Part shown: positions 1 to 8,894 of the stretch, in pieces
How the letters are laid out: each line of letters starts with the position of its first letter
How positions within the stretch are numbered: the stretch's first letter is position 1
Assembly: GCA_043826455.1 (NCBI GenBank)
Contig: JBDRQD010000061.1
Coordinates: 1-37,630 of the forward strand
Direction: 5' to 3'
Source: Candidatus Bathyarchaeota archaeon
Lineage (GTDB): Archaea; Thermoproteota; Bathyarchaeia; TCS64
DNA length: 37,630 bases
The notes under the pieces: generated by a model
Told to the model about the DNA's origin: nothing
What the model saw: only the letters and a program-made list of their open reading frames with translations
Database searches by the model: none
Made by a program: the position numbers and the translations under genes

Positions 1-843
1 GATGTTTCGTTGACAAACCCAACCGCCTCTTTCATCAATAAGTATACTATTATCGCCCACGTCTGTGCAAATCACAGCTTTTCCAAGGAGCATAGCTTCT
101 TGAAGAGTTCTTGGTAGTCCTTCAGTGAGACTAGGGAGTACAATAATATTTATTTTTGAATACGCTTTTTGTATATTCTCATGAGGTACAATACCCAAAT
201 ATTCTACGTTATTTGGGAAGGTCACTGATATTTGGGTTTCTCCGAATACCAAAAGCTTTATCGGGAGGTTTTCAATCGCTTTGAACATCAGCTCGACACC
301 TTTTTCACTACTTACTCTGCCAATGTAACCGAATATCGTTTCCTCTAATTTTTTATTTATATTCATTTCGTATTCAAAGAATTGTTCATCAACCCCGTTC
401 CACAACGTTATAATGTTACTATTCAAATATCTGAATTTACTAGTAAGATCGTTAGACACTGATACTATCAGATCAGCCCTCTTATAGATTTCTTCATCAA
501 TTTTGTTGAAAATTACATTGATAAAACTTGCAGATGAAGTACGATACTTTCTGAATTCAAATGAATTTTCCCTTAGTCTAATGACTAAGGGTATCTTGTT
601 AATTTTCGCAATGATGAAACCAATGATTTGAGAAGAGAAACCAGATGGAATATAAATGAAATTGTAATCCTTCAATCTATTATACTTCCATATTGCATTA
701 AAAACAGCAAATATAAACTCAAAATATCTATTATTTACTTTCGGCTTGACTAAATCATCAATACTAATAAAATCTCCATTCACACATGATATCTCTTCAA
801 GTCTTTGTATAAGAAACGTAGGAAGAAAAGATAGACACTTCAT
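1..843 (-). CDS. Glycosyltransferase family 4 (GT-B), 3' end runs off the window
   Basis: Not in the ORF track; translated by hand from ATG at 843: MKCLSFLPTF...ADLIVSVSN...WNGVD...GYIGRVSSEKG...VLPSLTEGLPRTLQEAMSLGKAVICTDVG (GT4 E-x7-E motif); frame open to position 1. Confidence 0.9.
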   Translation of the reverse strand, partial: MKCLSFLPTFLIQRLEEISCVNGDFISIDDLVKPKVNNRYFEFIFAVFNAIWKYNRLKDYNFIYIPSGFSSQIIGFIIAKINKIPLVIRLRENSFEFRKYRTSSASFINVIFNKIDEEIYKRADLIVSVSNDLTSKFRYLNSNIITLWNGVDEQFFEYEMNINKKLEETIFGYIGRVSSEKGVELMFKAIENLPIKLLVFGETQISVTFPNNVEYLGIVPHENIQKAYSKINIIVLPSLTEGLPRTLQEAMLLGKAVICTDVGDNSILIDERGGWVCQRNI

Positions 844-868
844 CTTTTCTCGGTTTGATAAATATTCT

Positions 869-2725
869 TTATTTAACATAGGCACTTATAGAACCAGCGT
901 CATAGATTCGAGAAAAGTTCTGATGATCAAGTGTCAAATAGAGGTCATATTCCAGCTTGACAGAACCACTACTGGTGTAATAAGGGTTCTTTATTATTTC
1001 TTCTCTAATTAAGATTATTACACCTTGTAAGTCAGTAAAATCTCCAGCATAAAGTGAAGAATCTATATTTACAAACTCAGTATTAGCCTCATATTCAAAA
1101 GGAATTTGATAATACCAGTCACTACTTATCTTTCCGTTCCATAAATTTGAAATAATATTCGTTGCATGCAATTCAGACTCAGTAAATGCAAAACGGATCC
1201 CACTATTAGGTGAAAATAAATGATTATCTATATTTACTATGGGGGTCATTATGAGGAGAAAAGATAGACAAAAAATTGAGAGTGATATAAAAGCTCTTTT
1301 CATCAGTTGATTTTTAATTATTCCAACAAGCAAGAGTAGTGATGTACTGAGAGGTAAAGACATCATTATTTGAGTTAAGTAATACCAGCAATGCTGGATG
1401 ATATAACGATCAGTAATAACTGATAAAAAAGAAATAATCAGAATTACTACGCTACTGATCATGAATGTAAACCTGTAGCTATTTCTAAATCCCTTGGACA
1501 TCACATAAAAACATCCAATAAAAGAAATAGCAAAATACAAGAATATCCCTAGATATGTAAATATTTTTTCCTCAAAAGAAATACTGGATATAAATAAGTA
1601 AGCATATTCAGCTAAAAACATTTTATCGAAGTCCCATTTTATAAAATTAGCTAGATTCATTATATGACCAGAGGCATAAGTCCAGTATGCTAACATCCCT
1701 ACAGAGAATAAGATACTAACTATAATCTTTACTGGCCGAAGAGTTTCTTCAATAAATAACCTATTATAAGACTCAAATGCTGCCCAGAATAAAAATAGAA
1801 GTATAGCAAAGCACATAGCAGTAAGCGCATGGGTTAAGATCAAGGTTCCCATAAGAAGCAGGGCAATTAAAGTTCCAATAAATTGCTTATCTCTTCTCAC
1901 TTTGAAAAGTACAAATATTATTGGAAGAATCAGAGTAGCCGCCAAGGTATTTGGGATGATCCAGTAGCCAAAAAGGATATGATAAGTAGCTACTTCCAAC
2001 AACAAAGCAGCCATTAGTCCAATTTTAGCGCTGATAAGAAATTTCCCCAGGAGGAAGACAAAGAGCGCATCACAAACAACTTGTACCACGCTTATTGAAA
2101 CCATCATGGCCATCTTATAACCTAAACCGGTTACTATGGATGTAATTCCAATCATCAAGTGCATCATTGGCAATTTAGTATACAAGAAACCTTCTGGAAT
2201 ATTCCCGTTATCGAGTATAGTAAGCGTGAACCACCGATGCACCCAAGGATCTATCCCAACAATATTCGGAAATATCAACATCTGTGAAAACTCTAAGTTT
2301 AATCCAATTATGATAATTTTGCATAGAGTAAAGCAAACATGTGACATTTGAGAAGATAGAAACAATATTTCATTTGCTACGATGATGGCCATGAATGCTA
2401 TAGAGATAAAATAGTTTAGAGGCCTGATATAAGGATCAGATCTTAGATGTATTGATACTTTACTGTAGAATAGGAGCAGAAAGAAGATCAGATTTAATGT
2501 TATGTAACACCTATAACTTGCTCTTAGTTGATTTAAAGAGTAAATAATTGATGGGTGTAGAAATCTTCTAAGAATCAAATACACTGCACAAACGATGAAA
2601 GAAATTATACTAATAGTTACATATAAGGGGTGACCTCTTATTAAAATAGTTAGAACCAAGCTGGAAATGAGTCCAATTAAAGCTAGAATCTTATCCAATT
2701 CACAGAGTAAGTCATATATTGCCAA
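869..2725 (-). CDS. Polytopic membrane protein, GT-C-like (putative lipid-linked sugar transferase or polymerase)
   Basis: 618 aa, more than 12 hydrophobic segments, external-loop motif GIDPWVH...Y..LPMMH and soluble C-terminal domain ending RIYDAG; sits between glycosyltransferases. Confidence 0.6.
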   Translation of the reverse strand: MAIYDLLCELDKILALIGLISSLVLTILIRGHPLYVTISIISFIVCAVYLILRRFLHPSIIYSLNQLRASYRCYITLNLIFFLLLFYSKVSIHLRSDPYIRPLNYFISIAFMAIIVANEILFLSSQMSHVCFTLCKIIIIGLNLEFSQMLIFPNIVGIDPWVHRWFTLTILDNGNIPEGFLYTKLPMMHLMIGITSIVTGLGYKMAMMVSISVVQVVCDALFVFLLGKFLISAKIGLMAALLLEVATYHILFGYWIIPNTLAATLILPIIFVLFKVRRDKQFIGTLIALLLMGTLILTHALTAMCFAILLFLFWAAFESYNRLFIEETLRPVKIIVSILFSVGMLAYWTYASGHIMNLANFIKWDFDKMFLAEYAYLFISSISFEEKIFTYLGIFLYFAISFIGCFYVMSKGFRNSYRFTFMISSVVILIISFLSVITDRYIIQHCWYYLTQIMMSLPLSTSLLLLVGIIKNQLMKRAFISLSIFCLSFLLIMTPIVNIDNHLFSPNSGIRFAFTESELHATNIISNLWNGKISSDWYYQIPFEYEANTEFVNIDSSLYAGDFTDLQGVIILIREEIIKNPYYTSSGSVKLEYDLYLTLDHQNFSRIYDAGSISAYVK

Positions 2726-2763
2726 GTTTAATTACATTCGCTATTTACTTAAATATAATGGGT

Positions 2764-3669
2764 TTATTTATACTCATACGTGCTATAGTAGTTAAAAAGT
2801 GAATGGATGATATCTTTTAATCGTTTTTTACCATAATATTCTAAAATTTCTTCATCTTGTATTTTTTCCTCTTGTCGGATAAAATTTGAAAGATATGTGC
2901 ATATCATAGGTAATGCTTGATAATGAGGTGGAAATTTTAATGAAATATATAATGCATTTAGAAACATGAGAATCGGATGATATCCCCTTACATACATAGA
3001 TTTACCTTTTAACTTCATTCCATTCCATATACCTATTTTTGTCCCACCCAATCTAGTATCTATAAAATAGGTCTTATCAGAAATTTTTACGTTCCACCCT
3101 CTATTTATAGCCTTGATAAGCAAAATTGAATCTGGAGAATAAAATAACGGATAACCTCCAATCTCTTCAAAAAATTCTTTCCTATATAATCTAATATCCT
3201 CAAATCCAGTAAGCGGCATTTCAAAAATATTATTTATAATTTTTTTCCTTTTATAATAGTATATATGACTTCCACAAGTAATAGCAAGTTTAGGATCATC
3301 ATTCATCTCTAACAACAACATTTTAAAATAATCTTTTGTTAGTTTCACTGTAGCATCAATTTTTCCAATAAAATAATAATTTATATTTTTATCCTTACAT
3401 ATATTTTTTGCATAGTGATATCCTTCATTTACTGCTTGTGCAAAGTTCATGTGGCTGTATCCTCTTTCCAAAAAATTTTTCTGTTTTATTATAGAAATCC
3501 ATTCATATTTCTTAAAAAGTTTATCAGCCGTTTGAATACTATCATCCTTGCTATTACCATCTATAATGACCCAAACCTTAGGTTTTACTATTTGATTTAA
3601 CACAGTTTCTTTAAGTACAGATAGGTTTTCTTGTTCATCTTTAATCGGAGTTAATAAAATATAATTCAT
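2764..3669 (-). CDS. Glycosyltransferase family 2
   Basis: N-terminal LLTPIKDE, WVIIDGNSKDDS, KIDA (DxD-like), FEEIGGY. Confidence 0.88.
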   Translation of the reverse strand: MNYILLTPIKDEQENLSVLKETVLNQIVKPKVWVIIDGNSKDDSIQTADKLFKKYEWISIIKQKNFLERGYSHMNFAQAVNEGYHYAKNICKDKNINYYFIGKIDATVKLTKDYFKMLLLEMNDDPKLAITCGSHIYYYKRKKIINNIFEMPLTGFEDIRLYRKEFFEEIGGYPLFYSPDSILLIKAINRGWNVKISDKTYFIDTRLGGTKIGIWNGMKLKGKSMYVRGYHPILMFLNALYISLKFPPHYQALPMICTYLSNFIRQEEKIQDEEILEYYGKKRLKDIIHSLFNYYSTYEYK

Positions 3670-3674
3670 CTAAC

Positions 3675-4706
3675 TCAAATTATTCCCAATAAATTATCTA
3701 TGATCACTTTTGTAGTATCTTCCCATTCTATTTTTATAGCTTCTTTAATCTTTTTTCCAGTTTTTTTCTTAACATTATTTTCAATTATATCCTTGACTTT
3801 ATCAAAAATGCGTTCAGTATTATTAGCTTCTATATTGAAAAGGCATGATTTATCCTCAAGTACCTTATTGACTGACATTTTCCTACCACCAGTATAAATA
3901 CTAGGCGTGCCAACTAGGCAAGACTCACGAGCCATCGTGTCTCCAGACGTAATAGTAAGTAGTGCAAAATGTAATAGCGAGTGCACATCGCTAACTGGCT
4001 CCTTTAATAAAATACATTTTCCTTCAAATTTATCCTTTAAGGCCTTATTTTCTAAGGATAAAACTACTTCCAAACCCATCTTCCTCAAATGGTGACAAAC
4101 ATCAACTAATTGTCCTTGGATCAGATTGCGATAATTAAAGCTAGAATTGCTAACTTCTCTTATTAATACATAGTTTAATGGTTCAAGTCCATATTCTAAT
4201 AGAACATCATCATTGGGAGTAAAATAATTTGGATGTAAATATGCCAATTCCTTGAATCCGTCATACTTCACAATATTTTTTCCAATAATGGTATTTTGCG
4301 AAGTTAGCACTATCCTACTAGCAAAATTTTTAAAAGAGTCAAAGCTTAATTTGTACTCAACATCATCATGAAAAATAACTGATGGCTTATTAAGTAAATA
4401 AGCAGCTTGAGCTATACCATAAGATCCAAAAGAAGTTACAATATCAAAATCAATATGTCTTAAATATTTCATTATCAATATTGTTCTCTGTATCAGGCAA
4501 AGAATTTTTCCAGCTAAAGAGTACCTATAATTTCCAATACATATAAAATTATTTTCTGGATATTCCTGTTGAATAATTGGAACAACACTAGAGCGGGGTA
4601 AAACTATTAACTCATAGTTGACTCCGTAATCAGTTTTTAATATTCTTAAAGCATTCTTATAAAAATTGATATCTGCAGGATGAAGAATGTCAACTATTAT
4701 TTTCAT
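3675..4706 (-). CDS. DUF354 family protein (GT-B-like)
   Basis: MKIIVDILHPADINFYKN, YDGFKELAYLHPNYFTP, GDTMARESCLVGTPSI. Confidence 0.85.
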   Translation of the reverse strand: MKIIVDILHPADINFYKNALRILKTDYGVNYELIVLPRSSVVPIIQQEYPENNFICIGNYRYSLAGKILCLIQRTILIMKYLRHIDFDIVTSFGSYGIAQAAYLLNKPSVIFHDDVEYKLSFDSFKNFASRIVLTSQNTIIGKNIVKYDGFKELAYLHPNYFTPNDDVLLEYGLEPLNYVLIREVSNSSFNYRNLIQGQLVDVCHHLRKMGLEVVLSLENKALKDKFEGKCILLKEPVSDVHSLLHFALLTITSGDTMARESCLVGTPSIYTGGRKMSVNKVLEDKSCLFNIEANNTERIFDKVKDIIENNVKKKTGKKIKEAIKIEWEDTTKVIIDNLLGII

Positions 4707-4759
4707 ATCTTATCCAAATGATTATCTAATTAATAATATGATTAAATTATTGAATGTCA

Positions 4760-5701
4760 TCATGCGTTTCGATCATTCTGCATGTCGAAGAGCATGGCGA
4801 AGAAAAGGAACTGCATACCCACAATGAACAGCAGCAGGGACAACGCCGCCCTGATGAACAGAGGCCCACCCTGAACAAAGTAGTAGTGCAGCGAGTAAAC
4901 CCCAAACACAATACTAACAGGAGTGATCATCAGCCCCGCCAGGTAGAAGAAAACCACCGGGTTAAAGCTCAAAATAACGTACTTCATCTTCAGCCTCCAG
5001 AAAAAGTTCCTTAACAGCATCCACGAGACCCTCACAATATACGAAGCGTATCGAATCTTCGACCTCTCGTTACCATACCTCGCCGGAATCTGCACATCCA
5101 ACACCTTGAACCCATAAACGTTCAGCTTCACCAACAAGTCATTACAGTACCCGTAGTAGGCGTACACCCTGTCCAGGTCCAGTGCCTCCAAGGCCCTCCG
5201 ACTGATAGCGGTGAACCCGTTCTGGGGATCCATGATCTGCCAGTAACCCGACGCCAGCTTCGTCAGGAAGGTGAGCATCATGTTCCCCAGGGTCCTCCAC
5301 CTACTCATGCCCCTCCGGTACTCCTCGCTCATCAGCCTATTACCCTTAGAGTAGACAGCACGGCCCTCAACAATCGGATCCAATAGATCAGGGATGTGCC
5401 CGGGGTCCATCTGGTTGTCCCCCGCCATAACCACCGCCACATCAACCCCGTCCTCCAGCGCCTTCCTGTAACCCGTGATAATGGCTGCCCCCACACCCCT
5501 GTTCTTCTCATGCTGCAGGGACACAATTCTCGGGTCCTTCCCCTGACACTCTAATATTATCTCCCAAGTACCATCCCCTGAGCCATCATCAACAACGAAA
5601 ACGTGGTCTATATATCCGGGTATGGATCCAAGAGTCTCCCCGATCAGGGACTCCTCATTGTACGCGGGGACAACAACCGAGACTACCAGGTCTTTATACA
5701 T
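4760..5701 (-). CDS. Glycosyltransferase family 2, polyprenol-phosphate sugar synthase (DPM1/AglD-like) with C-terminal TM helices
   Basis: VVVPAYNEE, VVDDGSGD, NRGVGAA, MAGDNQMDP, DPQNGF, two C-terminal hydrophobic helices. Confidence 0.9.
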   Translation of the reverse strand: MYKDLVVSVVVPAYNEESLIGETLGSIPGYIDHVFVVDDGSGDGTWEIILECQGKDPRIVSLQHEKNRGVGAAIITGYRKALEDGVDVAVVMAGDNQMDPGHIPDLLDPIVEGRAVYSKGNRLMSEEYRRGMSRWRTLGNMMLTFLTKLASGYWQIMDPQNGFTAISRRALEALDLDRVYAYYGYCNDLLVKLNVYGFKVLDVQIPARYGNERSKIRYASYIVRVSWMLLRNFFWRLKMKYVILSFNPVVFFYLAGLMITPVSIVFGVYSLHYYFVQGGPLFIRAALSLLLFIVGMQFLFFAMLFDMQNDRNA

Positions 5702-7008
5702 TACTTTACTCTACGTGATATTTCTTCTGGAATTGTTCTTCGGACATGCCTCATCATATCCTCCAGGCCAGAGTAGACGTCAACACCCAACCTACTCAGG
5801 ACTCGGGTCTTCCTCTCAATACCACTGTACATTATGACTGATCTGCCAAGACTCGGCGTCCATACCCACGGAACCCCGGTTCTCAACACAGCGGTGCCAC
5901 CAGAGTCTCTTGAACCCTCAACCAGCTTAATGAGAGGCACAGGATCACCACACAGGGAGGACACAACAATGACACGCTGAGGAGCCTCAGATGAGACAAA
6001 CGAGTTTTGAGGCGACGATCCAATCCAGACGTCCTCTAGAACAGGATCTAAGACCCGTGACTTCAGGGGCTCGATCAGGTGGTAGTACTCGCGGAACTCT
6101 TCACTTTTTCCGCTCAAACACATTCTCAGAGCTGCTCTCAGTGAGTCGTAGGGATCAAAGGCGACCGCATTGACCGTACCCTTCTTCTCCAGTACACCCA
6201 GCCTCAAGGATGACCCTGCCTGAGCGACAGCTAGTACAAGTTCCAGAAAACCGGAGTTCAACTCGTCTAGGGACACCGGATCCGGGGTCACCTCATCATA
6301 GACCACGTGAAAGTCGCTCCCGCCCTCAAGATAGTACTGCTTAACGTAGGGCGTCCCCGTCCGGGCTAAGGCCTTCCAATCGAACATGTTCAACGGGTCA
6401 CCGGGGACATACTCCCGGGTCTCGGCGTACTCTAGGCTCCGCCCCCTGAGGAGGGTACTGTACTCGCCCTCAGCGGGGTAACCGCTTTCAACAAGGAACT
6501 GGATAGCCCTCACAGCTACCGGGAACACTCTCGGGTAAACTTGAAAGGAGGCCGGGAAATCGACCTCGCCGCTGCCCCTCAGGAGACCAAGACGGTCGTT
6601 CACGTAGACGGTCAACGAGTCAGCCGTAAATGTCCCAGAGAGGGCTGGATTAAAGGCGAACACAGCCGAGTTACTTCCAGGAGCCAAAACAGTCGGCTTC
6701 ACCGAAGCCCCAGTCAACGATGAATAGACCTCTAGATCTGTGTTCAAACCTGACTCGATGACTAGGGGCTCCTGGAAAGAGCCACCGGCAGTGAGAGCAG
6801 CCAAGACGCTTCCTGGCTCAATGACGACCATGTGAAGCCTACTTAGACTCCAATTCACCTGATAGTAACCCACAACCAAGTACAACCAGAGGCCCACGAC
6901 CGCCGCCAACAGCAACGGGTCCCGTAGAACCAGGCCGAGCGCCGCCATGGGGACCGTGGACACCAGGAGCTTGAAGCCCCTGACGGATAGCTGAACCCTC
7001 TTACTCAA
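5701..7008 (-). CDS. DUF58 domain protein
   Basis: N-terminal TM pair, Ig-like segment ending FQVYP, LEYAETREYVPGDPLNMFDWKALARTG motif; adjacent to MoxR. Confidence 0.88.
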   Translation of the reverse strand: MSKRVQLSVRGFKLLVSTVPMAALGLVLRDPLLLAAVVGLWLYLVVGYYQVNWSLSRLHMVVIEPGSVLAALTAGGSFQEPLVIESGLNTDLEVYSSLTGASVKPTVLAPGSNSAVFAFNPALSGTFTADSLTVYVNDRLGLLRGSGEVDFPASFQVYPRVFPVAVRAIQFLVESGYPAEGEYSTLLRGRSLEYAETREYVPGDPLNMFDWKALARTGTPYVKQYYLEGGSDFHVVYDEVTPDPVSLDELNSGFLELVLAVAQAGSSLRLGVLEKKGTVNAVAFDPYDSLRAALRMCLSGKSEEFREYYHLIEPLKSRVLDPVLEDVWIGSSPQNSFVSSEAPQRVIVVSSLCGDPVPLIKLVEGSRDSGGTAVLRTGVPWVWTPSLGRSVIMYSGIERKTRVLSRLGVDVYSGLEDMMRHVRRTIPEEISRRVK

Positions 7009-7945
7009 TTCCTTTAGGGACCACTACCTTTTCAAGGGCCTCTTCGACGAGGCTCATGGGGGTCACTTCCCTGGCCCGGGCCTGGGGCGTCACCTCTATC
7101 CGGTGAGGTATAACGGAGTCTGCAAGGCCCTTGACGTCATCGGGTACCACGTGGCCCCGTCCATCCATCATGGCCTTCACCCTGGAGCCCCGGTACAGCC
7201 ATATGGAGGCCCGTGGGCTGGGCCCCATTCTGACATATGGGCTGTGACGAATGTATTGGACCAGGTCCACTATGTACTTCTTGACGCTGTCATCCACGTA
7301 CACGCCCCGAGCCATCTCTGATAACTCCAATATCTCCTTAGCGTCTATGACAGCACCTACATCCATCTCCTCTATCTCGTCCACCCTGCCCAGTATCCTG
7401 GCCTCCGAGCCCGAATCAGGGCTCTCCACCTCCACCCTGTAGCTGAACCGGTCGATCTGGACGCTGGTGAGAGGATACGTGCCCTGCTCACCGTAGGGGA
7501 GCTGGGTGGCTAGCACCATGAAGGGGGAAGGCAGCCGCAGGGTCTCGTTCTCTATAGTGACCTGCCGTTCCTGCATAACCTCCAAGAAAGCCGACTGGAC
7601 TTTGGGGGAGGCCCTGTTAAGCTCGTCCACCAGCACCACGTTAGCGAACACGGGCCCCCGCCGCAGCACCCAGGTGTAGTCGAAAGGATTGTAAACATTA
7701 ACCCCGAGAACATCGGCCGGCAGAAGATCCGGAGTCATCTGAACCCGCTTAAAGGTGCCGCCTATGGTTTGAGCGAAGGTCTTGGCCAGGGTGGTCTTCC
7801 CCAGCCCCGGCGGTCCCTCCAGCAGCACGTGGCCCTCTGACACCATGGCGACGAGAAGAATGTCAATGACGCCTTCGAGCCCAATGATCACCTGGGAGAC
7901 CTTCTCGCGTACTTTGACGATCTTCTCTACGGCACTACTCTCCAC
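7001..7945 (-). CDS. moxR: MoxR family AAA+ ATPase
   Basis: GHVLLEGPPGLGKT, RVQMTPDLLPAD, DELNRASPKVQSA, QIDRF, GPSPRAS; start moved to GTG 7945 because the track's N-terminal 44 aa lie inside the upstream gene. Confidence 0.93.
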   Translation of the reverse strand: MESSAVEKIVKVREKVSQVIIGLEGVIDILLVAMVSEGHVLLEGPPGLGKTTLAKTFAQTIGGTFKRVQMTPDLLPADVLGVNVYNPFDYTWVLRRGPVFANVVLVDELNRASPKVQSAFLEVMQERQVTIENETLRLPSPFMVLATQLPYGEQGTYPLTSVQIDRFSYRVEVESPDSGSEARILGRVDEIEEMDVGAVIDAKEILELSEMARGVYVDDSVKKYIVDLVQYIRHSPYVRMGPSPRASIWLYRGSRVKAMMDGRGHVVPDDVKGLADSVIPHRIEVTPQARAREVTPMSLVEEALEKVVVPKGIE

Positions 7946-8894
7946 GGGCTCTCCTCTCCAAGTACAGCCGCTCCACCAGGCCCCTGTCGTACTCGGGGTG
8001 CGCCGCCATGACCGCATCAACCTCGTCCACCGGCTCCCCACCATCGTCGAACCTGACCGCCATGACCCCCGCCACAATGAAAAGGGCGAAGCCGTACCTT
8101 AACTCTAAGCTTCTGAGGACAGTATAAGCTTTAGTTAACCCTGACTTGATCACAGTCAGCCTGGAAGGCATAGAGTGGGCCTCATCAATCACCGCCTCAC
8201 CCTTCAGAATCGCCCAGAGAAGCTGCCTGTTGTCTCCCCTCCGGATCATGCCGTTGATGAAGGAGCTCGAGTCGCTCACCAGGACCAGCTTGCCCGTTCT
8301 CAGGCTCAGCTCAGCCACAAGGGGCCAGGAACCCATATCGGGCTGAAGCTCGCCTACGGCCTCCAAGACGCTGAAAGGGCTGGACCAGGCCTTCACCTCA
8401 GCACCATTAACGTCGGTCAATACGGTGGCGTAGTTAAACACAACGTTATCTACGCCGTCATACATTGTGTGCAGAGTAATGGGCAGCAAGGCGCTCTTAT
8501 CCCTGAACAACGGATCCTTCAGCAGGCCGCCACTGAACCTTGCCTCGACCTCGAGGCCATCCAGAAGCTGGTTACCCGTCCCGAAGTCATCGGCCAGTAC
8601 CAGTGTTCCGCCCCGGTGCAGGTAGTTCCTGATCCATGTAACCTCCTCCCCGCTGAAAGCGGTTGAGGGCCCGATGATAAATAAAGTAGTGTTGCCGGGG
8701 GAAATTATGCCTTGAAGCCCGCTTAGCCCACCCATCCTGAGGGGCTTCACTTCCGCGTAGAACTCGGACAGCCCGTTCCAGAAGGGGTTCTCCAACCATA
8801 GATCATCCAGCGAAGGATACGCCACGGTAACCCCTATCAGCAGCGTAAAGGCTCCAACTGCCCCAAGGAGGACGCTAAGCTGAGCCTTGTTCAA
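7935..8894 (-). CDS. DUF4350 domain membrane-anchored protein
   Basis: N-terminal TM/signal, NPFWNGLSEF, YLHRGGTLVLADDFG, LVSDSSSFINGM, IDEAH, C-terminal TM. Confidence 0.82.
   Translation of the reverse strand: MNKAQLSVLLGAVGAFTLLIGVTVAYPSLDDLWLENPFWNGLSEFYAEVKPLRMGGLSGLQGIISPGNTTLFIIGPSTAFSGEEVTWIRNYLHRGGTLVLADDFGTGNQLLDGLEVEARFSGGLLKDPLFRDKSALLPITLHTMYDGVDNVVFNYATVLTDVNGAEVKAWSSPFSVLEAVGELQPDMGSWPLVAELSLRTGKLVLVSDSSSFINGMIRRGDNRQLLWAILKGEAVIDEAHSMPSRLTVIKSGLTKAYTVLRSLELRYGFALFIVAGVMAVRFDDGGEPVDEVDAVMAAHPEYDRGLVERLYLERRARGE

Noticed and set aside
7946..8077. N-terminal extension of MoxR in the ORF track
   Set aside because: Lies within the DUF4350 gene in another frame; GTG 7945 gives a normal MoxR length
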